From assembly GCA_023150835.1 (NCBI GenBank), contig JAKLKB010000004.1, positions 62,001 to 126,000 of the forward strand: DNA of 64,000 nucleotides. Reading direction: 5' to 3'. Positions 46,107 through 54,940 of this stretch are shown piece by piece. The stretch is from Myxococcota bacterium. GTDB taxonomy: Bacteria > Myxococcota_C > UBA6777. Both the position numbers and the translations under genes were made by a program. Under the pieces are notes generated by a model that made no database searches, had not been told where the DNA came from, and saw only the letters and a program-made list of their open reading frames with translations. Each line of letters opens with the position of its first letter. Positions within the stretch are counted from its first letter, which is position 1.

Positions 46107-47150
46107 GTGATTACCTACAAAACAGGCGATATTTTTAAAGAAGAAGCAGATGCGATAGTCAACACGGTAAATTGTGTAGGCATCATGGGGCGTGGCATCG
46201 CGTTGCAGTTCAAGAAGTGGTTTCCCGAAAACTTCAAAGTTTACGCGGCTGCCTGCAAACACAAGAAAGTCGTGCCCGGAAGAATGTTTGTGCATGAAAC
46301 AGGCTCCCTGATGGGGCCTAAATACGTCATCAATTTTCCGACCAAACGGCACTGGCGTGGAGCCAGCCGCATGGAAGATATCGAGTCTGGCCTTCAAAAT
46401 TTGGCAGAGGTTATACCGACCCTGAATATCGAATCCATCGCTCTTCCGCCGCTCGGCTGCGGGTTAGGCGGGCTAAACTGGGATGAGGTTCGAGAGCGTA
46501 TCGAAAATACGCTTTCTCATTTGTCAGATACGCGAGTCATCGTTTTTGAACCTCAAGGGGCACCCGAAGCGAAAGAGATGGCAAAGAACCGCAAGGCACC
46601 GAAGATAACCGCCGGCAGAGCTGCGTTGGTCGAATTGGTGCATCGCTACCTTGGCGGTCTACTCGATCCTTTTATTTCTCTGCTTGAGATTCAAAAACTA
46701 CTGTATTTTTTGCAAGAAAGTGGTGAACCTCTCCATTTGAACTATCAGAAAAATATCTATGGTCCTTATGCTGAAAATTTGCGCCATGTATTGAATGCCG
46801 TTGAAAACCACCTGCTTTCTGGCTACGCAGATGGTGGCGACAGACCAGACAAAGAACTCAGGCTGGTTTCGGGAGCCTACGAAGCCGCGTCAAAGTTCAT
46901 GGCGGAGCATCCCCAGACAAAGCAGCGTTTCGATAAAGTTTCTGATCTAGTTGAAGGCTTTGAATCTCCCTTTGGGATGGAGCTACTTGCGACAGTTCAC
47001 TGGGTTGCCACAAAAGAAAGTGCCAAAACGAAAGATCGGGTCGTCTCAGGAGTTCACGGATGGAATGATCGTAAGAAGCAATTTACGCCTCGCCAGATTG
47101 GGTTGGCTTTCGACGTTTTATCAGAAAAAGGCTGGATTGATCAAGATTGA
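46107..47150 (+). CDS. darG: Macrodomain antitoxin DarG
   Basis: VNTVNCVGIMGRGIALQFK, INFPTKRHWR, PPLGCGLGGL, QKLLYFLQ, YGPYA, ELLATVHW; AGGAGG RBS. Confidence 0.94.
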   Translation: MITYKTGDIFKEEADAIVNTVNCVGIMGRGIALQFKKWFPENFKVYAAACKHKKVVPGRMFVHETGSLMGPKYVINFPTKRHWRGASRMEDIESGLQNLAEVIPTLNIESIALPPLGCGLGGLNWDEVRERIENTLSHLSDTRVIVFEPQGAPEAKEMAKNRKAPKITAGRAALVELVHRYLGGLLDPFISLLEIQKLLYFLQESGEPLHLNYQKNIYGPYAENLRHVLNAVENHLLSGYADGGDRPDKELRLVSGAYEAASKFMAEHPQTKQRFDKVSDLVEGFESPFGMELLATVHWVATKESAKTKDRVVSGVHGWNDRKKQFTPRQIGLAFDVLSEKGWIDQD

Positions 47151-47249
47151 CGTCCTCCCTCCACCAAACCAAGAGACGAAGCTTGCGCAACGTCTCAAAG
47201 GTTGTGGTGGGAGCCTTCCCGCTCGTCTTGGGTAAACGTGGTGTTGGAG

Positions 47250-47371
47250 GCGTTCGTCGCTCGCGGTACTTCAAGCGACAGAGTTGTTGGCGTAAAAAGC
47301 GATGACTTCTTCGCCAACGCGGGGCCAAGGGGACCGTGTCAAGGAATTGGGGCGTGGAGCCGCGCTCCAAA
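47250..47371 (+). mobile_element. Degenerate family B element core
   Basis: tcgcggtacttcaagcgacagagttgt...ggggccaagggg...ggggcgtggagccgcgctcca aligns with the 43601 copy. Confidence 0.7.
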
Positions 47372-47449
47372 CCATCCAACAAGCCGATCCTGTACTCTCC
47401 AAACAACAGGAATGCGATCCATTCCCTTCACACGAACAGGAGTTCCACG

Positions 47450-48715
47450 ATGATCGCGATACCCTCATCCACCACGACAAACCGCTCATGGTTCGGTGGC
47501 CTTGCGCTCTCGGTGCTTTGCTTTGCCCTGCTTCCGTGGGCCTACGGAAGCCCACCCACCACCCAGCCCTCACGCCTCACTTCTACAACAGCGCCATCCA
47601 AACAGCCCTCTGTTTCGCGCCGTTCGCTCGCCCCTCAGCCTCTGCCCACGCCGCCACAGGGCTACATCCCCGCCTCCCCTCGCCAACTTACCTCCCAAGG
47701 GGTCAACGGAGAGGCCTATTTTTCACCCGATGGAAAAAAACTGATCTTTCAATCCTACGGAAGAAAAGAACACGCCCATACACAAATCTACATCCTTGAC
47801 CTCCAAAATGGAAAAGAAACGCGCCTTACCAACCATGACGGCGATGATACATGTTCTTATTTCCATCCAAACGGAAAGAGTATCCTTTACGCCTCGACCG
47901 TTGATGAAGTCAGAGAATCTTACCACTTCCGTTTTTTCGCCCCCTCTTGGGTCGCCAAGCACCGCGCACAACGCGAACAAGCTGCCAAGTCCCAAAAATG
48001 GGGCAAAAAAAACCGCGCAAAACACAAACGAACCTACACTTGGGTCTACAAACCCTACGAGATCTATCTTGCGGGGCTTGATGGCAAAAATCCCCGACGC
48101 CTGACCCACGCCAACGGCTATGATGCCGAAGGAACCTACAGCACCGATGGAAAGCATATCATCTTTAGCTCCCACCGCGACGGCGACCAAGAGCTTTACT
48201 TGATGAACGCAGACGGCACAGCCCAACGCCGCCTCACTTGGCGCAAAGGCAACGATGGTGGCCCCTTCCTCTCCCCCAGCGGAAAAGCCGTGACTTGGCG
48301 CTCTTTTGACGTCAAAGGCAATTCCCAGATCTTTGTGGCCGACCTGCAAGACGCAACACTCCGCAATATCCGCCAATTGACCTTCAAATCGGGCATCCAC
48401 TGGGCACCCTTCTGGCATCCCTCCGAAAAATGGGTTCTTTTCAGCGCCAACAGCGACGACCGCAAAAACTTTGAACTCTATCTCGTCAACACCGAAGGAA
48501 CCTGCCTCAAACGCCTGACTTACAGCCACGCTCAAGATGTCTTGCCCGTCTTCTCCCCTGATGGGAAACAGATCGCTTTTACAGCCCGAAAAGGCCGATA
48601 CAGCCAGCTTTACATCATGCCTTTTGTGATGCCCAGCCACTGCGAAGATCCTCGCCTCCACCGCACTCCCCAAAGCCTTCTCCACTTCCCTCCACCCCCA
48701 CCTCAAAAACACTAA
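47450..48715 (+). CDS. Exported TolB-like PD40 beta-propeller protein
   Basis: GEAYFSPDGKKLIFQS, YDAEGTYSTDG, DGGPFLSPSG, WAPFWHP, LPVFSPDG. Confidence 0.88.
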   Translation: MIAIPSSTTTNRSWFGGLALSVLCFALLPWAYGSPPTTQPSRLTSTTAPSKQPSVSRRSLAPQPLPTPPQGYIPASPRQLTSQGVNGEAYFSPDGKKLIFQSYGRKEHAHTQIYILDLQNGKETRLTNHDGDDTCSYFHPNGKSILYASTVDEVRESYHFRFFAPSWVAKHRAQREQAAKSQKWGKKNRAKHKRTYTWVYKPYEIYLAGLDGKNPRRLTHANGYDAEGTYSTDGKHIIFSSHRDGDQELYLMNADGTAQRRLTWRKGNDGGPFLSPSGKAVTWRSFDVKGNSQIFVADLQDATLRNIRQLTFKSGIHWAPFWHPSEKWVLFSANSDDRKNFELYLVNTEGTCLKRLTYSHAQDVLPVFSPDGKQIAFTARKGRYSQLYIMPFVMPSHCEDPRLHRTPQSLLHFPPPPPQKH

Positions 48716-48769
48716 ACTCCGCTCCCACACAAACACCCCAACCACGAGACACAAAGAAAGGCAGCCTCC

Positions 48770-50797
48770 ATGCCCAACTCAACACGCACCAACCCCCATC
48801 GTCCCCTCCCCCCCGCGCCCAACACACCTCACCTCTCCAACACCGCTCCCGTCGCCCCCACCCCAAGCCCTGCCTCCACCCGCGATCCACACCGCTTTGA
48901 GCGTCCCGCTCCAAGTCCCACCAACCCGCACACGCCCCCCGCACACACACCCGCCACTCCTGCCGAACGCTACATGCAGCCCCTTGATCACGGCTTTTGG
49001 AAAGATCCCCAAAGCACCGCACCCATCGGCAAGATCAACGGCTACATCGACTTTGCCGTCCAAAACTACGAGTACCACAAAAAGATGGCTGTCGAAGTCC
49101 AAGTCGAGCGCGAAGACGGAAGCACCGAGCGTTACCTCTATCGCCCCCAATACAAAGGCAAACTCCCCGATGGCCGCGAAAAATGGGGCGTCGATCCGAT
49201 CTCCATCTTCCCCGATATCCCGGGCCGATCTGCTGTCAAAGAAGTCCGCTTTTCTTATAAGGTACAAGCCGACGTCGATCACGACGGACAACGCGACCTT
49301 TGCGTCTCCCACAACTTCTACAAGATCGCCGACGCCAACGCGCTGCGGACTCCCTCCACACAACTTGGCTCACCCGCTCCCACCGCTCAAAATCCCGAAG
49401 CCATCGCCCCTCTCGCCGATCCCTCACGCATCCACAACGCCGCAGCTTCCCTCAAAGACACCGTCCCACCCGTCGAAGTCTACTTCGCTCCCTACCAACA
49501 CCCCGAACGCGCTTTGATCGCCGAGATCGACAAAGTCATCCAAGCCAAACGCCTTGACCCACAAAGCCACCACAGCATCCATGCTTCTGTCTTCAACATC
49601 AACGACCCCGAGATCGCAAACAAACTGATCGAAGCCCATCAAACTGGCGTGGAGGTCAAACTGCTCACCGCCGCCCACCAGATGGATCCCAACAAAGCCT
49701 ATCAACTCGAATACAAGCGACTCCAACAAGCCGGTGTCCCCGTCATCGGCATCGCACGCGACGAGATGTTTGCCTCCAATCATACAAAGTTTGCGATCTT
49801 TGACGGACACACCGTGACTACAGGTTCTTACAATTGGGAAAGCCGCTCGAACGACGAAAACAATGAAAATATGATGATCTTGCGTTCTCCTGCCGTCGCG
49901 GCTCTCTACGAAGATATCTTCCGAGGCGTCGCGGGTGAAGCCCAAGTCGACCGCTCCATCCAACCTCTCGACAAAGTCAACGTCCTCTACTCCCAGCAAC
50001 ACAACGTCCCCAAAGCCATCTACGACGAGATCGAAAAAGCCAAAGACAGCATCACCCTCTCGATGTTCACCTTGCGCTCCCTCCAATTCGAGGACGCAGG
50101 ACAGCACAAAGATATCCTTGATGCACTGATCCGCGCTCAACAACGCGGTGTCAAAGTCTCGATCCTTCTTGAGAAAAATATTGCAGATGCGGGTGAATAT
50201 TACGGACGCCTTACAGAAAATGATCCGACCGACGAACGCCTTGCACAACACGGCATCGAGATCGTCAAGATCAAAACCAACTTCAACAACAACCCCTATG
50301 CGGCCATGCACCACAAGTTCGCCGTGTTTGACGGCCAAACCACCATGACGGGAGCCTACAATTGGTACGCAGGGAGCCAAGTGTCCGACGACGACTTGAT
50401 CGTGATCCGCGACACCGATATCGCCCAACGCTACCTCGGCGAAGTCACCAACCTACGCCGACACTACGATCCCGACTTCGATCCAAGCAGCGTCCCCCAC
50501 ACCCAAGTCGCCTTCTCCGTCCAACACCCCCACACCCGACCCGGAGACCAAGTCTACCTCGTCGGCGATATCCCCGAGCTTGGCGGATGGGATCTCGACA
50601 AGGGCATCCGCCTCAACGCAAACGACTGGCCCGACTGGAAGGTCGCTCTCGATATCCCCGCAGGTACGCACTTTGAGTACAAGTTTGTCGTCAAAAACCC
50701 TTGGAGTGGCCGCGTCTGGGAAGCCGGCGCAAACCGCGAACATACCGCCAACTCCAACCAACCCAAGGATGCCCTCTTCGAGCATTTTCGCGGATAG
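48770..50797 (+). CDS. Phospholipase D-family protein (2 HKD motifs) with C-terminal CBM20
   Basis: HTKFAIFD..TGSYNW and HHKFAVFD..TGAYNW; C-terminal TRPGDQVYLVGDIPELGGWD...FEYKF...WEAGANR. Confidence 0.88.
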   Translation: MPNSTRTNPHRPLPPAPNTPHLSNTAPVAPTPSPASTRDPHRFERPAPSPTNPHTPPAHTPATPAERYMQPLDHGFWKDPQSTAPIGKINGYIDFAVQNYEYHKKMAVEVQVEREDGSTERYLYRPQYKGKLPDGREKWGVDPISIFPDIPGRSAVKEVRFSYKVQADVDHDGQRDLCVSHNFYKIADANALRTPSTQLGSPAPTAQNPEAIAPLADPSRIHNAAASLKDTVPPVEVYFAPYQHPERALIAEIDKVIQAKRLDPQSHHSIHASVFNINDPEIANKLIEAHQTGVEVKLLTAAHQMDPNKAYQLEYKRLQQAGVPVIGIARDEMFASNHTKFAIFDGHTVTTGSYNWESRSNDENNENMMILRSPAVAALYEDIFRGVAGEAQVDRSIQPLDKVNVLYSQQHNVPKAIYDEIEKAKDSITLSMFTLRSLQFEDAGQHKDILDALIRAQQRGVKVSILLEKNIADAGEYYGRLTENDPTDERLAQHGIEIVKIKTNFNNNPYAAMHHKFAVFDGQTTMTGAYNWYAGSQVSDDDLIVIRDTDIAQRYLGEVTNLRRHYDPDFDPSSVPHTQVAFSVQHPHTRPGDQVYLVGDIPELGGWDLDKGIRLNANDWPDWKVALDIPAGTHFEYKFVVKNPWSGRVWEAGANREHTANSNQPKDALFEHFRG

Positions 50798-50799
50798 AT

Positions 50800-50919
50800 T
50801 ATGAAATCCGCCCATCGCGTGCGCCGACACGTAGGGGCAGCCCCCTGTGGCTGCCCAACCATAGGGCGTCTACAGCGGATCACACCTACCCTTCGTGTAC
50901 ACTTCTCTCGGATATCGTA
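50800..50919 (+). mobile_element. Family C element after the PLD stop
   Basis: TATGAAATCCG...GTAGGGGCAGCCCCCTGTGGCTGCCC...CGGATATCGTA. Confidence 0.88.
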
Positions 50920-50958
50920 AAATATCGCGCCTCACCACAAACAGCCCCTCATCCCCTC

Positions 50959-52557
50959 TCACAACAACGAGCAGATCCCCACAACACAGACTTTGAACAA
51001 GCCCGAACATTTGTTTCCACAACGACCACAGTTGTTCGGATCCGTAAGAAATGTCACACACTTACCGCCGCAGTCACGAGGTTGAAGAAGCGGGCATTCG
51101 CACTTGCCCTTCTCACAGGACTGATTACTGTGACACGCCGCACCGCACCTTCCGCAATGCCGCGTATCATCGCGCAGATTCACACAAGCCTCTCCGCAAC
51201 GTGTGAGTCCCTCTCGGCAAACACACTGCCCTGCTCCACAAACTTCTAGTTTCGAGCAGACTTTGTCACAGGCCCCGCAATGATCGGGATCTTTTTGTAG
51301 ATCGCGGCACGCACCGCCACACGACACATACCCATCCCTGCATCGACAAGCCCCCTGATCACAGATCTGATTTTCCGCGCACTTCGTCGTGCAATCCCCG
51401 CAATGTTGCGGATCGCTTTTCAAATCGACGCATCGCCCATCGCATGAAGACTTGCCCTCTGAACAAGAAAGTACACACTTGCCTTCTTGGCAGCTTTGCT
51501 CGGCCCCACACACCACACCACAACGACCGCAATTCGACGGATCCAACGAGAGATCCGCACAGCGAACTCCGCACAGCGTCCGCCCCACCGCGCAACGGCA
51601 CTCGCTTGGACAAAAAGCCCCTTGACATGCCGAATCGATCGGCAAACAGACCTCTTCGTTTGCACAAAGATTCCCGCACGATCCACAATGCTTTGGCCCC
51701 CATGCCGTCAAGCAGCGCTGCTCACAAACCACCGTGTCACAGCCGCAATCTTCGTCCACCACTCCGTCACAATCGTCGTCCAATCCGTTGCATTTTTCGC
51801 TAGGCAACGGCAAGACTTCGCCTTCGCAAACATCGGACCATTCATTGTTTTCCTTGCAACGCTGCTTGCCTTGTTGGCAGATCCCCACCCCCGCAAACCG
51901 CAGATCTCCCGAATAGCAAGGCCGCTCTTCTCCTGCCTTACAATCGCAGCTTTTGTCTTTCGGGTTGTCGATCTTTCCGTCGCAATCTGTATCCAAACCA
52001 TCGCATTTTTCGGGGCTTGGCAGCACTTGTCCCAAACAGTTCCCCCACCGAAACACCCCATCTTCGGCCACTTCGCAAAGCTGGATCCCTGCGCGACACG
52101 ATCCGACAGGCTCACTCTGCCCCACCAACAAAGGCCCCGCATAACAAGGTCGCTGCGCCCCCAGCGCAAGGCATGTACAAGCGTTGTTTCCGACGTTGTC
52201 GATCTTCCCGTCACAGTCGTTGTCGATCCGATCGCAGATCTCGGCTGTTGGGGTGACTTCACCTTTGCAAACCGACCACACCCCGTCTCTTCCACAAAAC
52301 CGCTCTCCCCACCGACAAGGCGATGTATCGGCGGTTTGTGGAGAGCTGCTGCACCGCTCGATATCACCCGCAACGCACTCCGCCACTTCGCAGGTCTTGT
52401 ATGCGGCATTCGGCAAGTTCAAACAATGCACCGCAGGCGCACTCCCCCTACAGTCTTCGGCTGTTTCGCAAGCTCTCTTCACTTTACCGATGCACCCTCC
52501 CCACAACAACGAGACACTCCACAACACCACACATCCGATCCGCACACCACCACGCAT
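50959..52557 (-). CDS. Cys-rich lipoprotein with putative metal-binding (EICD..DNDCDG) and Stig1-like repeats
   Basis: Signal ending WGGC; three E.C[DN]..D.DCDG..D units; CVDL..DP.HCG.C repeats. Confidence 0.85.
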   Translation of the reverse strand: MRGGVRIGCVVLWSVSLLWGGCIGKVKRACETAEDCRGSAPAVHCLNLPNAAYKTCEVAECVAGDIERCSSSPQTADTSPCRWGERFCGRDGVWSVCKGEVTPTAEICDRIDNDCDGKIDNVGNNACTCLALGAQRPCYAGPLLVGQSEPVGSCRAGIQLCEVAEDGVFRWGNCLGQVLPSPEKCDGLDTDCDGKIDNPKDKSCDCKAGEERPCYSGDLRFAGVGICQQGKQRCKENNEWSDVCEGEVLPLPSEKCNGLDDDCDGVVDEDCGCDTVVCEQRCLTAWGPKHCGSCGNLCANEEVCLPIDSACQGAFCPSECRCAVGRTLCGVRCADLSLDPSNCGRCGVVCGAEQSCQEGKCVLSCSEGKSSCDGRCVDLKSDPQHCGDCTTKCAENQICDQGACRCRDGYVSCGGACRDLQKDPDHCGACDKVCSKLEVCGAGQCVCREGLTRCGEACVNLRDDTRHCGRCGAACHSNQSCEKGKCECPLLQPRDCGGKCVTFLTDPNNCGRCGNKCSGLFKVCVVGICSLL

Positions 52558-52903
52558 CCATCACCTCGCTCCACACTCGCCTCACAAACAAACCATGCCA
52601 CCACACACCCCAAGCATCCGCGATCTTCGACCACTTGCACCTTTACCACATCGCTCACAAACAAGCCAAGCCGTCACACACCAAGCATCCCCCAAAAAAC
52701 ACCTCTTCACAAGGCTTTACAAAAAACAGGCGCGATCGCACACTCCAGCCCGCAGGAAAGGTCTGTACAACACCGCACACGCCCCCCCACAAGACCAAAG
52801 ACCACAAGACCAGACCCTCTGCACACCACCCATGCCCGCAAACAAGGCCCGTCCTCTTCACAGCGACGCGCTCCTGCGCGGCTTTTGCAAACGAGAAAAA
52901 AAC

Positions 52904-54940
52904 ATGTCCGCCCCACGCACACGTTCTTTAACCGACTGGCTTCCCACCACCCCCAAAGAGGCCCAACTTCGCGGCTGGGATGAACTCGATGTGATCTTGG
53001 TTTCGGGTGATGCCTATATCGATCACCCCGCGTTTGGCACCGCTGTGATCGGTCGCCTCATCGAAAGTATGGGCCTGCGTATCGCTCTCGTCTGCCAACC
53101 CAACTGGAAAGACGATCTGCGCGACTTCAAAAAGTTTGGCCCACCTCGCCTTTTCTTCGGTGTCACCGCTGGCTGCATGGACTCCATGGTCAACAAATAC
53201 ACCGCAGGCAAACGCCTTCGCTCCAACGACGCCTACACACCAAGCGGTGAATCGGGCTTTCGCCCTGACTACGCAGCCACCGCCTACTCCCGCATCCTCA
53301 AACAACTCTACCCCGAAACACCCGTACTGATCGGCGGGATCGAAGCCTCCCTTCGGCGCGTCACTCACTACGACTATTGGTCCGATCAAGTCAAACCCTC
53401 CATCCTGATCGACAGCAACGCCGACCTCCTTGTCTACGGCATGGGCGAACAACCCCTCCGCGAGATCGTCCGCCTCCTCCAAAAAGGCGTCCCCTTTGAA
53501 AGCCTCAAAACCATCCCCCAAACCGCTTTCGCTCAACCTCGCCAAGAAGCCCTCCCCAAACACAAACAATGGCAAAGCTTCGCCCTCGCAAGCCACGAAG
53601 ATTGCCTCAACAACAAAAAAGTGTACGCCCGTAACTTTAAATACGTCGAGCAAGAATCCAATAAACAATTTGCTCGACGTCTGACACAAGATTGCGGTGA
53701 GTCGACGGTGGTGATCAACCCACCCTTTCAAACCATGACCGAAAAAGAGATCGATACCTCTTTCGATCTGCCTTATACCCGACTCCCTCACCCCAAATAC
53801 GCCAAACGCGGGCCGATCCCTGCCTACGAGATGATCAAGTTTTCCGTCAATATGCACCGTGGATGCTTCGGTGGCTGTAGCTTTTGCACCATATCTGCCC
53901 ACCAAGGCAAGTTTATCGCCAGCCGCTCGAAAGAATCGATCCTTAAAGAAGTCGATGCCATCACCAAGATGGAGGACTTTCGCGGATACATCAGCGATCT
54001 CGGCGGTCCTTCCGCCAATATGTACAAGATGAAAGGAAAAGTCCAAGAGATCTGCGACCGCTGCGTCAGCCCTTCTTGTATCTTCCCTGTCGTCTGCCAC
54101 AACCTCGACACCAACCACCGACCCATGCTCGAAGTCTATCGCGCAGTCGCTCAACACCCCGATGTCAAAAAAGCCATCGTATCAAGCGGTATCCGATACG
54201 ATCTGTTCATCGACAAAGACCCCGAAGAAGACGCCCAAAACGGCTATACCGCCTACCTCGAACAACTCGTCACCCAACACGTCTCAGGCCGCCTCAAGGT
54301 CGCCCCCGAACATACCTCCGACAACGTCCTCAAGATGATGAGAAAACCTTCGTTCCAGCTTTTCCACAAGTTCAAAGCCCGATTCGACGCCATCTGTGAA
54401 CGCGAACAGATCAACCAACAACTCATCCCCTATTTCATCTCCAGCCACCCCGGCTGCGACCTCAAGGATATGGCCCACCTTGCCGCTGAAACCAAAGAAC
54501 TCGGCTTCCAACTCGAACAAGTCCAAGACTTTACGCCCACCCCCATGACCGTCGCCACCGAGATCTATTACTCTGGTTATCATCCTTACACGCTCAAGGA
54601 GATCAGTACGGCACGCACACACCAACAAAAGACACTTCAACGCCGCTTTTTCTTTTGGCATGAGAAAGAAAATCACTCATGGATCCGCCAAGCCCTCCAA
54701 GAGATCAAGATGGAAAGTCTCGCCAAAAAACTGCTTGATGAACCCTCCCCAACGGCTCCCACTACTTCTGCGATCTCCCGCCCCGCCCACCGCAGCCAAG
54801 AGTCCCCTCCAACAACGCCGCCCAAAGATCGCCCCGCCTCGACCTCCCGCCAAGTCCCCTACCGCGCCCCTCACCCCAAGGCCAAACATCGCGCCCTCCA
54901 AAGTCATCGCTCTCCCCGTCCTCACGGCCCAGAAAGATAA
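52904..54940 (+). CDS. YgiQ-family radical SAM protein (UPF0313)
   Basis: GDAYIDHPAFG, GGIEASLRR, HRGCFGGCSFC, DLGGPSANMY, LKVAPEH, QVQDFTPTP. Confidence 0.93.
   Translation: MSAPRTRSLTDWLPTTPKEAQLRGWDELDVILVSGDAYIDHPAFGTAVIGRLIESMGLRIALVCQPNWKDDLRDFKKFGPPRLFFGVTAGCMDSMVNKYTAGKRLRSNDAYTPSGESGFRPDYAATAYSRILKQLYPETPVLIGGIEASLRRVTHYDYWSDQVKPSILIDSNADLLVYGMGEQPLREIVRLLQKGVPFESLKTIPQTAFAQPRQEALPKHKQWQSFALASHEDCLNNKKVYARNFKYVEQESNKQFARRLTQDCGESTVVINPPFQTMTEKEIDTSFDLPYTRLPHPKYAKRGPIPAYEMIKFSVNMHRGCFGGCSFCTISAHQGKFIASRSKESILKEVDAITKMEDFRGYISDLGGPSANMYKMKGKVQEICDRCVSPSCIFPVVCHNLDTNHRPMLEVYRAVAQHPDVKKAIVSSGIRYDLFIDKDPEEDAQNGYTAYLEQLVTQHVSGRLKVAPEHTSDNVLKMMRKPSFQLFHKFKARFDAICEREQINQQLIPYFISSHPGCDLKDMAHLAAETKELGFQLEQVQDFTPTPMTVATEIYYSGYHPYTLKEISTARTHQQKTLQRRFFFWHEKENHSWIRQALQEIKMESLAKKLLDEPSPTAPTTSAISRPAHRSQESPPTTPPKDRPASTSRQVPYRAPHPKAKHRALQSHRSPRPHGPER

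Noticed and set aside
47450-48715. Calling this gene tolB
   Set aside because: Only the propeller is present, with no TolB N-terminal domain and no tol-pal context.
52184-52903. 240-aa N-terminal extension of the YgiQ ORF
   Set aside because: It overlaps the opposite-strand Cys-rich gene; family similarity begins near Met 52904.
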